A stretch of 64,000 nt of DNA from Azolla caroliniana (GCA_043228905.1 JBHGNT010000015.1:4154001-4218000); one strand, 5' to 3'. Counted from the first letter of the stretch, positions 1 through 12,071 are shown. The notes: generated by a model from the sequence alone, not told the origin. Translations and numbers: made by a program.

Positions 1-563
1 AACCATGTCTTGGTCCTGGCCTTTTTCTTCTGGTAAGCTCTGTCCTTCTTGACTCTACCGCCTTTGCTGCTTGGTCCAGCTCCATCGGATGTTTCTACTT
101 CCTCAATTGATTCGGCTCTCGTTTTGTCCTCCTCTTCGGTTGTCTCATCAGTTCTCCCCCTCAAGTGCAGCAGTCGAGATGCTGGATACCAAGCATCTCC
201 GAGAAGTGCTGCAACTTGCCCAATCCGAGCTCCTTGGTGAAGGTCTCAACCATCTACTGATCGGTTTGAACATACCGGAGTTCGACTTCACCGCTCTGAA
301 CCCACTCGTGCACAAACTGATCGGTTTGAACATACCGGAGTTCGACTTCACCGCTCTGAACCCACTCGTGCACAAAGTGAAAAAGCACTTCTATGTGCTT
401 TGTACAAGCATGGGACATGGGGTTGTTGGCCAGTTGCATGCTACTGATGTTGTCATAGCAGATCAGAATCGGAGTGGTAACTTCGACCCGTAAGTCCTGC
501 AACAGCCATTGGAGCCATATAGCCTCACAAGTTGCGATGATGGTGCCTCGTTACTCAGCTTCG
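1..563 (-). mobile_element. Ty1/copia family A element (A1), 3' part: RNase H and C-terminal extension; continues off the left edge
   Basis: ORF 254..502(-) has copia RNase H motifs (ICYDNISSMQLANNPMSHACTKHIEV); homologous to 33200-33590; interrupted at 564 by the B1 LTR. Confidence 0.9.
256..375. repeat. Exact 60-bp tandem duplication inside A1 RNase H
   Basis: actgatcggtttgaac...gtgcacaa occurs at 256-315 and 316-375; gives a duplicated peptide FVHEWVQSGEVELRYVQTDQ. Confidence 0.95.
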
Positions 564-1196
564 TGTCAGGAACTGCACGCTCCCTATGCGCAACGCTCAG
601 CCACAACCGAGCTTAGAATCATACAAAGAAAACGGGTAACGAAAGACACACGACACAAAGGAGAGAAGAGTACACAGGATGTTTAATGTGGAAAACCTTG
701 AGAGGGAAAAACCATGGGAGTCCACAGACTCCAAACTATCACTATATCACAATGATTACAACAGTGAGCTCACAGAGGCAACGACCTCGCGCTCACGACC
801 TTCGCCACAGGCGGCGGTTACAACAGAGGCAACGACCTCTTCCTCTCTCTCTCTCTGTACACTGTTACGAGCTCTCTCTTCTTGCACCAACAAGAATGAC
901 AACAACAACATCAAAAGTTTGCCCTAAGTCATATTTATACTAATATGACTTTTCGGCTATTTACAAATATAGCCACGATGGACTCTCAGAAACATATTTA
1001 CGAATATGTCTCTTCATCCGGAGAGCGCTCCTCATCGGGCCTGCATCATCCGGATCTTGCCGGGCACTCATCATCCGGTTCTCATCGGGTCTGCACCATC
1101 CGGCTCTCCGTAGCCGGGTACTCCTCATCCGGTTCTCACCGAGTCTGCGCTTTCCGGCTCTCCGTAGCCGGGCACTCCTCATCCGGTTTCCTAACA
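564..1196 (-). repeat. 3' LTR of B1
   Basis: tgtcagg...ctaaca; similar to B2 LTRs (ttaatgtggaaaacc, ccatggg, tccaa..ctatcactat); contains 54-bp tandem units at 1059-1190. Confidence 0.9.
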
Positions 1197-1208
1197 AACT
1201 CCCCCTTC
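1197..1208 (-). other. Polypurine tract of B1
   Basis: Reverse complement gaagggggagtt abuts the LTR TG. Confidence 0.9.
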
Positions 1209-2487
1209 ACTCCGGCATGGGATGTCTTACTAGTCCAACTCGCTTCCGGCATGCATCCAGCTTGTCGGGTATCAGTACTTTGGTCAACATATCTGACCCA
1301 TTCTTGGCCGTGTGGATCTTTGTCAGCGCGAACTCCTGGTCATCTACTCTTTCCCGGATCCAGTGATACCTTCGCTGAATATGCTTCATCCGGGAATGGT
1401 AGGCCACATTCTTAGCAAGGTGGATGGCACTTTGATTGTCGCAATAGAGTCAGTATTCATCTTGCCGGATACCGAGCTCTCCGATGAAGTCCTTCATCCA
1501 TAATATTTCCTTGCCGGCTTCCACAGCCGCCGTGTACTCCGCCTCCGTGGTTGACAACGCAACCGTCTTCTGCAGCCTTGACTGCCACGAAACAGCTCCC
1601 CCTGCATATGTCATTACATACCCGGATGTAGACCGGTTGGTATCCACATCAGCCGACATGTCCGAATCGGTAAAACCGTCAAGTTGAGGTTTTCCGGAGC
1701 CGAATCGGAGACACATATGCGAAGTGCCCTTCAAGTACCGGAGTATCCATTTGACCGCGTTCCAGTGCTCCTTGCCGGGATTGCTCATGAACCGGCTCAC
1801 CACTCCGACTGCGTATCCTATATCCGGTCGGGTACACACCATTTCGTACATCAAGCTCCCGACGGCAGAGGCATATGGAACCTTCATCATATCAGCCTTC
1901 TCTGCTTTCGTCTTCGGGCTTTGCTTACCGAATAATCTGCAGTTTGTTGGAAGTGTCGATCCGACAGGTTTCGCTTCTAACATGTTGAACCACTGAAGCA
2001 TCTTTGTCACGTATTTCTCCTATGACAGCCACAGTTGCTTCGTTGGCCGGTTCCGGATGATATGCATCCCCAACATCTGTCTTGCCGGACCCAAGTCTTT
2101 CATCGTGAAGGTTCGGTTGAGAGCCTTCTTCAGCATCTGTATTTTGGCTTGGTCCCGTCCGACGATCAACATGTCGTCCACATACAGGAGGAGTATTAGG
2201 AAGTCGCCTCCTTTGAACTTCTTCACAAACACGCAGTGATCGGCTTGCGTCTTGTGGTACCCTTGATCGGTCATGAAGGAGTCGAACTTTCGGTACCATT
2301 GCCGGGGAGCCTGCTTCAGTCCGTACAGGCTCTTCTTCAACCGGCATACCAGGTGATCCTTCCCTTTCTCCACGAATCCTTCCGGTTGCTGCATGTAGAT
2401 CTCCTCTTCGAGGTCACTGTGAAGAAATGCCGTCTTCACGTCCAGCTGCTCTACCTCGAGGTCCATGCTTGCCGCTATACTCAGCAC
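1207..2487 (-). pseudogene. pol: Copia pol RT-RNase H, interrupted by stops/frameshifts
   Basis: ORFs 2020..2487, 1450..2010, 1207..1407: QLDVKTAFLH, LKKSLYGLKQAPRQW, YVDD, YASAVGSLMY, KHIQRRYH. Confidence 0.93.
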
Positions 2488-2489
2488 CG

Positions 2490-3474
2490 TCTTGCAAAGT
2501 GCTCCCTCCTTGGGCTATAAAAGGAAGGGAGGGGTCACTTGTGAAGGGGTTGCCTATTTTTGAGTGTGAAAGGTATACCACATAGTTCTAGGGTTCTTCT
2601 TCTTCCCATTTCGGTTTAGGGTTAGGGTTTCACTTAGGGTTTCCGTATTCATCTTCTTTACTTTACTTATCCGGTTAGGGTTTCTTGTAGTCGTTGGGTT
2701 TTGGCCTATGCCACCATGGTCGTATTCGTTTGTATTTTCTTAATATAACTTGTTGAGTATTTTGCCTCACAAAATACTCAACAAGAATAAGTACATGCAC
2801 ATGCACTTGTAAATTTTTGTAATAAGAATAAGTAAACAAAATGTAATGGGAAGGGTAATAATCTAAGGTGCTAAAGGTGCACCACAAAGTTCGTAGAGGC
2901 ATAAATGTGATGTGCACTTTGTGGGGTAGAATGAGTAGTGGTTATTGAGAGTGAATGTGATAGGAGAGAGAGAGTTAAGGCCCACCGATTTAAGATCAAG
3001 GGAGATATTCCCCATTAAACGAAAGGGGATTTAACTCCCTCTTGTAATGTGCTCCCTCCTTGGGCTATAAAAGGAAGGGAGGGGTCACTTGTGAAGGGGT
3101 TGCCTATTTTTGAGTGTGAAAGGTATACCACATAGTTCTAGGGTTCTTCTTCTTCCTATTTCAGTTTAGGGTTAGGGTTTCACTTAGGGTTTCCTTATTC
3201 ATCTTCTATACTTTACTTATCCGGTTAGGGTTTCTTGTAGTCGTTGGGTTTTGGCCTATGCCACCATGGTCGTATTCGTTTGTATTTTCTTAATATAACT
3301 TGTTGAGTATTTTGCCTCCATCCATCTCTTGTTCAATCTTCATGTCATAGTCATTCTCCTCTCCTCTTGAGGTAAGCTTCCGTTTTGTGTCTTACTCCTT
3401 CTCCTCAACTCCCTAGTTCAAGACCTCTACGGTCCCGCCTCGAATCCTACACACGCTCGCGGAATATCTCAACA
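2490..3474 (+). repeat. Rearranged, partly duplicated LTR of the gypsy G lineage (same LTR subfamily as 21015-21738, opposite orientation)
   Basis: 2490-2768 is repeated at 3040-3318; ctataaaagg TATA; ends ctcaaca followed by ACGT; reverse complement matches the 21015 LTR. Confidence 0.8.
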
Positions 3475-3725
3475 ACGTCCAAATAGTTAGGGCTTAGTAT
3501 GTAACCTCAAACCTAACATTGTAATGAAGGCTTCTTGATCATTCTTGTATCTTTAGTCTCCGGGCGAGAGAGAACAAAGAAATAACGAAAGCTTCCATTA
3601 AAGCTTAAAACTGTGTCTATGCTTTTGTCTATTCCCTTGCTATACTTTCTGTGTTGTTTGTTGAGCACATAACCAACAGGTCCCTACATATTTCCGCATA
3701 TGCATCCAACATCATAACCATCAAG

Positions 3726-3736
3726 TGGTATCAGAG
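3726..3736 (+). other. PBS (tRNA-iMet) of C1
   Basis: tggtatcagag 2 nt after the LTR CA. Confidence 0.9.
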
Positions 3737-3824
3737 TGACCTGCTGTTTGGCGGCAACAAAAGAAGCAGAGAAAGTTGAAAAAGAAGACAAGATCAATAA
3801 AAATCTCACTTTTGAAAAGGGAAT

Positions 3825-4349
3825 ATGGCTTCAACATCAGGAACATGAGTTGAAATCCGAAAGTTCGATAGCAAAAATTTCACCTTGTGGAAGGAGATGA
3901 TGCAGGATGTGTTGATCATCAAAAGACAAGTCGAAGCTATTCGACATAGCGAAAAACCTGCTACAATTTCAGCCAAAGTGTGGAGATCACTAGACGAAAT
4001 TGCCCGCTCCACCATCTGAATGCATCTAGCCGAGTATGTCTATTTCAGCATGGCCAAAGAGACAACAACTTTCTTGTTATGGGAGAAGTTGCAAGCAATG
4101 TATGATAAGAAGTCCTGCTTGTCGAAACTCATGTTGATTTGACAACTATTCAATATGAAGATGAGAGAGTCAGATCCTGCAACCTCCCACATCAACACCT
4201 TCAACCAGGTGTTGTCTGAGCTCTCCTCACAAGGGATTAACTTCGAAGAAGAAGTGAAAGGCCTTGCCCTCCTATCGAGCTTACCGGAAAGTTGGGAGGT
4301 ATTCTGAATGACATTTGCCAATAGTCGTCCAAACGTAAATCTAGATGAG
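3825..4349 (+). pseudogene. gag: Copia gag fragment (C1)
   Basis: Near-identical translation to 46716-47209; several in-frame stops. Confidence 0.85.
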
Positions 4350-4668
4350 TGTTGTTCGGTCGACAACCGACACATGTGTCCAACAACCAGTAAGGTTGAA
4401 CGTTCTTTCAAGAAACTGTGGAGTACGAATGGATACTGGAGTACTCCTACGTAGGGTGACGATACTGTATACTTGTATCATGATCGACTAATTGGTATTA
4501 AAACCGTTATGGTTACTATAGAAATGTGTAGAATACGATATGAAAATATACTCTGACCAACAATACACACGTATTTCTTACTAACTAATAGCTATATTAA
4601 TTTCCCAAAATAGACGATGTTGTTACAATGCTCTCGGTTCCTTTTTATAGGTAATTTGAGAGATTGAC
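4350..4668 (-). repeat. Truncated LTR, probably related to family R LTRs
   Basis: Starts tgttgttc like 62253; minus-strand TATA cctataaaaagg near 4640-4652; interrupts C1 gag and is cut by the A2 LTR. Confidence 0.55.
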
Positions 4669-4796
4669 TGTTGAGATACAAGCTCAACATTGGGTGCGTA
4701 AACTAGGTGCCAACGAGAGGCAGTAGCGGTGCGTAAACCGAGAGGGCATTGGATAGATATTTCGCAGAGGAATATATATTGGGAGTTATTTTACGG

Positions 4797-5465
4797 TGTT
4801 GCATTGTTATGTGCATGCATGGAGAACGAGGCGGGACCACGGGGGCCTTGGACCGAGAAATAACCGAATGAGAAGAGGGGAAGGAAACTATAGATGTACT
4901 TCACACGCGCACCGACACACAGATTCACAGGAGTTGCAACTAACTCTGAACAATGGAGACAGAACGAATGTATATGTATATATAAATCAAGGAGTTACAA
5001 CCAGCAAGCCGGCAAGTGATAGGCTCTGACGCCTACACACACACCCACACACACAAAACGCGAGATGGAGACTCTGCCGGAAGCACTCGGGTGTTCTGCG
5101 GAGCAGAGTCAACCTCCCGAAAACCGGCACAGAACGACTATGGAGAAGACAGAGGAAAAGAGCTCGGTTCCAGTTCGGCAACACTTCATCCTCCCGAAAA
5201 CGCGATACATTTACAATACCTCTCCCTCTCTTTTATAGCCCAAGGAGGGAGGCCGTTACCACTTGTTACATCATGTTTATTCCCTGTCCTTTCGGACAGG
5301 GATACACCTCGATTTTCTCCCTAATGAATGCATGCTACCTAGGATTTCACCTCAACCGACTTGTACCTATCTACGTACTATACAACAAAACTTGTGCCCA
5401 CGTGTAAGGGCCGGTTTATGCACGTTATACCCGATTTCAGCCTAGGGACGGTTTTCTCCACGACA
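4797..5465 (-). repeat. 3' LTR of G1
   Basis: tgttgcattg...ccacgaca; direct repeat of 11043-11711. Confidence 0.93.
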
Positions 5466-5589
5466 ATGGGCTCATTGATGAGCATTGAAGTACGAGTCAA
5501 TATTTCTATCAATCCATATGGACTTGTATAAAAGTGCTCTCTAAGCACATCCTATGTACAGAGTTTTAGAGTATTGTTTTGGAATAGAG
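5466..5589 (+). repeat. 124-bp duplicate of the host flank (A2 LTR) normally at 11712-11835
   Basis: atgggctcattgatgagc...ggaatagag follows both G1 LTRs. Confidence 0.92.
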
Positions 5590-8500
5590 ATGGTAGATCC
5601 CATTGTCATTGGCACTTGTCACCACATAAGGCCCGAACCACCTTCTTGCAAACTTTCGCATTGCCCTGTGCTGGTTGTGAAGGCTGCTTTCATACACTAG
5701 AACACAGTCGCCTTCCTCGATCTTCTTCGGTCTCAGTCCGTGAGTCCAGTCGATTTGTCCTTTGTTCTTTACCCTCGCCACCCGCAGCTTCTCTACGGTT
5801 CGGTTCACGTCCTCCGGTCTTCGCTCCAGCTGCCGAATCCGTGCCGCTAATAGCTCCTCCCGGCTCATCTCGTCTTTCTAGTCCACCGCGGCCCATGAGG
5901 AGATTGTCTGCTCCATTGGCATGATCGGCTTGTACCCGTACATTAGCTCTGCCAGCATGAACCCGGTTACCGAACTGTGCATAGTTCAGTCCGCCCACAA
6001 CGCATAGGGTAAGAGCTGCGGCCAGTTCCCGACTTGGCCTCCACACGCCCATACTAACACTTTGACGATCAGCCCGTGTTCGCGTTCCACCTTCCCGTTA
6101 GCCTCCAGATTGTACGCTGTGGTGAGCGAGAGTTTAATCGCTAGCCGGTCAAACAGCTCTTCCGCCTCTTGCGCATCCAATTCTCCGCGGTCGGCCACGA
6201 TCTTACCTACGCACCTGTACCGGCATACCACTTCTTAGATCAGAAATCGGCACACGGCCGCGGTCATTTTGTTCGACAACGCTCGGCCTTCCACATGGTT
6301 CGTCAGGTCCTCCTGAGCCAGCACCAGATACCGCATCTGCCCTACCCCCATCGACATCGTCACCAGATCCACCATCCACTTGAAGTGGACTGTCGGAGGG
6401 TAGGTCGGGTGAAGCTCGTCCCGATGTCGGACTATGGAGTGCACCTGACAACTTTCGCAAGTTGTCACGAACCGATGCACATCCCGGTATAGTCTCGGCC
6501 ACCAGTACTTCCCCCGTTTAGCTTCTCGAATGTGGCCCACGTCCCGTGGTGTCCGGCCTAGGAACTCTCGTGGTATGCCGTTAGCAATTCTTCCTTTTCC
6601 TCTTTCCTCACCACCACTCGGAGCGGGATGCGGTTTCTCTTTTCTGGGTGCTTCCATATGCTCCCGTCCCGTAGGAAGAATCGGTACGCTTTCTTCCGAA
6701 TCCGGTTGGTCTCTTCCTTCGTCCATGCCGCGTCCGGTGTCATTGTCTTCAGGAACCCGCCGACCTGGAGCCACTCCCCGTCGTACTTTCTCTCGTCGAA
6801 TTCGTTAAGCGCCGGAGTGCTCCCCTTCCTTGTTGTTACGTAAGCCGTCTCGAAGAAGTCCACGCCAACTTCCTCGTCCTCTGAAACCATGTTATCCTCG
6901 TCATCGAACCTCGCTCTCGAAAGCATGTCGGCCATGGCATTGTCTTTTCCGGAAATGTGTCGTATTTCCGGATTCAGGGACTTGATGTACGCTATCGACC
7001 TGAGCATTGCCAGGTCCAGCGTGGCGCATCCGGAAACTATGCCGAGAATCGGCAGGCAGTCCGTCTCGATTATCACCTCTATCCTAATTGGGTAGTCTTT
7101 ATTGGCCTTGACCGCCGAAACGATACCCTAGCGTTCGCGTTTAACCTGGGCATATCCTCGTTGTCGCTCATTGAAGACTTTCGCGCCGAACCGGATGGGG
7201 AACCTCGCGCCATCGTCATCCTCTTGGTTGATCACCCATCTGATCCCGATCGGACTTGTGTCCACAGTCACGTAAATCGGAGTGTCTTTGCCGTAGACAG
7301 CCTTTCGGAGCGCCGGTGCCGCGGCAAGTGCTTCTTTCATCTTCCAGACCAACTCCGTATGCTCGTCTCTCCACTCGAATTTATGCCCTTTTTTCAGCAA
7401 CCCATAGAGCGGATCCGCGACGTGGGCATAATGCGGGATCCAGATATGGTAGAATGCACATGCCCCCAGGATCCTTCGGACCTCCGTAACCGACCCGCAA
7501 TCATCCTTCATCACGGAGATGGCTTCTACCCTCGCCGGGGACGGCTTCCGTCCGTAAGGCCCGCACAGGTGTCCGACTACCAGGATCTCCGGCTGTCCGA
7601 AGGCTGATTTTTCTCCAGAGAAGGTGAGCCGTGAGCTTTGGAGTCGTAGATGTGATTCGTCACGAACCTCCAGCAACCGTCGGGCCCGACCGACTCGTCC
7701 TTGTCCTCCACTAGACATCCTTTGATCGAGATGTCGTCCAGAAATGGCATGGTGATGTCCGGGATACAATCCCTCAACACTTTGTTCATTGCGTTCACCA
7801 TGTGGGCTACCAAGTTCGTCCCTCCTTGCGGGAGGGTACACATCCGCACTAGGCCAAGAGGAGTCTGCATCGTCGTAATGTCCCTGCTCTCCACGGCTAG
7901 TTGGAACTGATCGTACCCTGAGTAAAGATCACCGACTGAGTAAATCGACCTTCCGGCGAACGCCTCCGCGAACTCGTCTATGGTCGGTCCAATTCCTGCG
8001 TTCCGAATGGTCACCTTGTTGACCGACTGCAGGTCTTGAATAAAGCGCAACGTGTTCTTCTTTGGCACGGTAAATCAGCGATTCGAGTATGGGGCACTCG
8101 ACGGTTCGAGGATGCCCATCTCCACCTTCTGTTTCAGAAACTCCATCAGCTTCAGGATGTGAGCTCTGGGTACCGGAATCGGTTTGAGATTCCACGACAC
8201 ATGCGGTACTGTGAAGATCACCATTGGTTCCACAACCATCGGGTCTACGCACCCAATGTCCTCCGGTGAGAATGCGAAAGCCTTCCCGTGCCTCCCGAGC
8301 ATTCTCCGAAACCGGTCCTCTTCTACCGGCAGTAGAAAGCCACCCCCACCGATCTTGAGCTCCCGTAGCGTTATGTCGGTGAACGTGTGTCCTATGCTGG
8401 CCGGATCTCGTAAACTTGAGTCCGACGCGACCCCTTTTATCCGTAACTCGCTGCCCTCCGGCAAGGGTGCCGCGACTTGCCTCACCTTCCAGTCCACAGT

Positions 8501-8895
8501 CTTGTACTTCGTATCCACTCGGGCCGTCCGATCCGACTCGAGTCCATTACCGAAGTTGGCGATGACTTCGTACATCCTTTCTGAACATACCGGAATCGTT
8601 CGGTCCTCATTAAGGCCTTCTCCGAACACCTCCCGTAACTTCCCTAAGGTGTCGTCGAAAGAGACCGCCTCCATGGCTCCATTGATTTCCTCTCCAAAGC
8701 CGAGGACTCCGCATGCCCGAAGTCGCTCCTTCGCCCGCTTCTTTTCCCGGCCAACTACACCGGCTATCGTACAACCTCCGCTATCGGAGAACCAAAATTA
8801 CCTACCTATGGTACATGTCTTTTTGTCTATAGTACATCTGTGGGGTTTTTCCGGGGTGTTCGGACTATCGCGGCCCCACGCCTTGATAGCCCTCT
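5590..8895 (-). pseudogene. pol: Gypsy pol (RT-RNase H-integrase) of G1
   Basis: RT DLYSGYDQF, PFLDD; RNase H VDTSPIG, IETDCLP, NAMADMLSR; INT CESCQ, DRGE, NGKVEREH, WFGPY. Confidence 0.93.
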
Positions 8896-11025
8896 CTAAA
8901 AATTGCCTCGGTTTTCGCCACCGAGGGTCTCGCGTTACGCTCATGGTTCGGTCGCACTGTTAGGAACTGAACCGAGTGACGCCCATCCTGGCTCTTGACT
9001 CGTGCATATGCCGAACCGTTGTCCAGCACCTTTGTCTCCATGCGCGCCGTCGTGATGTACGGTTCTCCGAGTATCACTGGATGCGAGGACGTGTTCTGCA
9101 CGAAGAAGTGTTGATTGATCTTGACATCGGCGATTTTCACTCGTACATTCGGGCAGGCTCCATGTAGCTCCTCCATGGCGCGCGTTGCTACCCATATCTT
9201 CCACCGGTGCTTGGTGTTGATCGGCCACTTTCCCTTCTTGTAGAAGTTTATGGACATCAAGTTGATCTCTGAACCGTGGTCTACCAATGCCACCACCGGC
9301 TCCTGGACATCCCCGATCCGAACAGGGGTTTCTGTAGTGGCCCTAGCCCAATGTAGCCTCGAGTAGTGGCTTTCTGCTAATTCGTCCTCTAGGGCCATGT
9401 CTTCTAGGTGTGTCGTTCGCACCTCCATCGGCTTCTCCGGCTCCGGCTCCCTCGAAAGCCTTTTCTGCTTCACCAAATCTACGATGGAGTCGTGGAACTC
9501 CTTCTTGGTGATATCGAGCACTTCCCTCAGTGACAACTCCACTTTGCTGTCGAGGATCCGTTCCTCCAGGACCTTACGTAGGTTCGTGGTCCTTTCGATC
9601 TCTGTGCTCAACCGATAACTAGCCTTCTTGGCCTTGTCTAGTGCGCCGGATGCACCGACATCATTCTGCTTCGGCCCGAACTGGGTCTCATACCGTTGTG
9701 AGGGTCCAGCCCCCTGGGTCTTTCCCGCGCGCTTGTCTTCCACCAGAACCTCGTAGTTCTGGCACGCGGCTTCCACAAAGCCCGTCTTCTCTTCGACCAG
9801 GTCACTCCACCCGGTTACCTCCCGGATCCGTCTTTCTGCACGGTTCGCTTCCTCTTTACTTAGCCGTACGTTGGCTAGGCCTTCCAGCATCAATGGCCAG
9901 AACCCGGAGTCCTTCGTTTTCCGGACTTCATCACTTCCGACCCGGATTCCAACCGACGTGGCAAGCCGCCGCTTCTTCCATCAACCGTTTCATACCCCCT
10001 CCTTCGACATTCAGATCCAGGGCCCTTCGGGTCTCACTAGCGTGCACTCGACCGTTTCATAGGTACACCACGTTAGCTCTTATCGTTTCGGTGAAGTCCC
10101 CGCAGTCCTTTCGGGCATGGCCGACCACGTCGCACCACGTCGCACCGGTTCCCAGCCGGAGGCCTTCGGTCACAGACTTGTTCGCCGTAGTCCCTCCTTG
10201 CTTGTGCAATCTGGAGGTCCCTCACCATCTGAGTCGGCTCTTCCAGAGCTGCTCCTCCGGACGAGCCTTTGACCATGCTGGTCGAAGTCGAGCCGGTCTC
10301 GAGCCAGTCTCGGGTCTCTTCCCTTCACGTCGGTGGGGCTACCTTGACCTTCCTGTCGCAATAGAACCCGCCCCTGCCAAGCCTTTATCGACCCACTCAC
10401 GCTGTTTGTCAAAACGGCCGCAGACTCTCTTTACCACGGCCCAGTCGGTTGTTAGGCCGTCATCGGTCTCCAGTAGGAAGCCCACTTGCTCCCGGTCCCT
10501 TACGTCCACCGATCTAACGAACAATAGGACACGACTTGTGTCCAGTACGGTCCGATCCAGCGCCGAAAGATGTGTGAAGCGTTCTTCAAACTCCCGAAGG
10601 AGCACCGACGCGTTTCTCCCCTTTTCGGGGGTCTCCACCCATTCCATGAAGTCCCGCTTCGATAGCCGAAGCGCGTCATCAAGCTCGTATTTTTCAAGGA
10701 GCCAGCCTTCAAACCCTTCCCAGGTCCGACTCTCAGCCCATACCTCAAGCACCTCCGTGTGGATGCTCGTCATCGCCACCCGAGGGAATCCGGCCAGTCG
10801 CTTGTCCTCTGGGATGTCCCTCATCACCATTTCGGCTCGGTAAGCCTCCAAATAGCTCGTGGCGTCCTTCCCACTGAACCGGCCTATCGTGCCGACGACT
10901 GCCTCAATAGCCCTATCGAGGGCGCCTGTGCCTTCACGCGCAGTCACTATCCGATCCACAACCGAAGCCATGGTTTCTGCAAGATTCGACGCTCTCATCT
11001 TTCTATTCCTCTGCCGCCTGTTCAC
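8896..11025 (-). pseudogene. gag: Gypsy gag-protease of G1
   Basis: ORFs 10339..11025 (FSGKDATSYL capsid-like) and 8865..9893 (ALVDHGSEINL...VILGEPY protease). Confidence 0.88.
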
Positions 11026-11038
11026 GTCGGGTTCACCA
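11021..11038 (-). other. PBS complementary to plant tRNA-Trp 3' end
   Basis: ttcacgtcgggttcacca equals the plant cytosolic tRNA-Trp 3' end plus CCA; 4 nt from the LTR. Confidence 0.88.
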
Positions 11039-11042
11039 AATA

Positions 11043-11711
11043 TGTCGCGTTGTTATGCGCGTGTGTGGAGAACGAGGCGGGACCACGGGGGCCTTGGACC
11101 GAGAAATAACCGAATGAGAAGAGGGGAAGGAAACTACAGATGTACTTCACACGCGCACCGACACACAAATTCATAGGAGTTGCAACTAACTCTGAACAAT
11201 GGAGACAAAATGAATGTATATGTATATATAAATCAAGGAGTTACAACCGGAAAGCCGGCGAGTGATAGGCTCCAACGCTTGCACACACACCCACACACAC
11301 AGAACGCGAGATGGAGACTCTGCCGAAAGCACTCGGGCGTTTCGCGGAGCAGAGTCAGCCTCCCGAAAACCTGCACAGAACGACTATGGAGAAGACAGAG
11401 GAGAAGAGCTCGGTTCCAGTCTGGTAGCACTTCGTCCTCCACAAAACGCGATATATTTACAATACCTCTCCCTCTCTTTTATAGCCCATGGAGGGAGGCC
11501 GTTACCACTCGTTACATCATGTTTATTCCTTGTCCTTTCGGACAGGGATACGCCTCGATTTTCTCCCTAATGAATGCGTGCTACCTAGGATTTCACCTCA
11601 GCCGACTTGTACCTATCTACGTACTATACAACAAAATTTGTGCCCACGTGTAAGGGCCGGTTTATGCACGTTATACCCGGTTTCCACCTAGGGATGGTTT
11701 TCTCCACAACA
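11043..11711 (-). repeat. 5' LTR of G1
   Basis: tgtcgcg...ccacaaca; next to the PBS. Confidence 0.93.
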
Positions 11712-11974
11712 ATGGGCTCATTGATGAGCATTGAAGTACGAGTCAGTATTTCTGTCAATCCATATGGACTTGTATAAAAGTGCTCTCTAAGCACATCCTA
11801 TGTACAGAGTTTTAGAGTATTGTTTTGGAATAGAGTTTTTCTGTGTTCTGCTCTCTCTGTCCCTCCCGCGTACGATGTGTTGATTAAGCTTTCCATTAAA
11901 CATTCCTTGTCTCTTGTCTTTTGTCTGTTGTTACCCGGTTGTGTCTGTTAAGCTTTTGCACGTATTCTTTTACA

Positions 11975-11987
11975 TGGTATCAGAGCG
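11975..11987 (+). other. PBS (tRNA-iMet) of A2
   Basis: tggtatcagagcg directly after the LTR end taca. Confidence 0.9.
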
Positions 11988-12071
11988 CGAGGGTTGAGAT
12001 CCTATGTTGCCGATAAACAGACCAACCCTAATCACAATGAAAAACAGAAGAAGGAAAGAATGGACAGAGGA

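Larger units (their letters stand above)
564..2489 (-). mobile_element. Ty1/copia family B element (B1; Tnt1/Tork-like), 3' LTR + RT/RNase H, 5'-truncated
   Basis: TG..CA LTR 564-1196, PPT aactccccct immediately inside, copia RT (LLLYVDDMLI) and RNase H (DSDMSAD, STTEAEY) on the minus strand. Confidence 0.93.
3475..4349 (+). mobile_element. Ty1/copia family C element (C1): partial 5' LTR, PBS and gag 5' part
   Basis: LTR segment similar to 46337-46615, ending ca at 3723; PBS tggtatcagag 3726-3736; gag MASTSGT*VEIRKFDSKNFTLWK from 3825. Confidence 0.88.
4797..11711 (-). mobile_element. Ty3/gypsy family G element (G1), near full length, decayed
   Basis: Two TG..CA LTRs (4797-5465, 11043-11711), Trp PBS, domain order gag-PR-RT-RH-INT, 4-bp TSD acgg/atgg. 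Confidence 0.93.

Noticed and set aside
1059-1190. Regularly spaced repeats as a CRISPR-like array
   Set aside because: Head-to-tail 54-bp units without unique spacers, inside a eukaryotic LTR U3
2615-2642. TTTAGGG/TTAGGG as an interstitial telomere
   Set aside because: Only 2-3 dispersed units within an LTR; better read as telo-box motifs
9641-10843. 400-aa + strand ORF (also 8184..8963, 24547..25449, 25848..26744, 56924..57715)
   Set aside because: Antisense shadows of GC-rich gag/pol; S/P/R-rich, no motif, and not kept as one ORF between family copies
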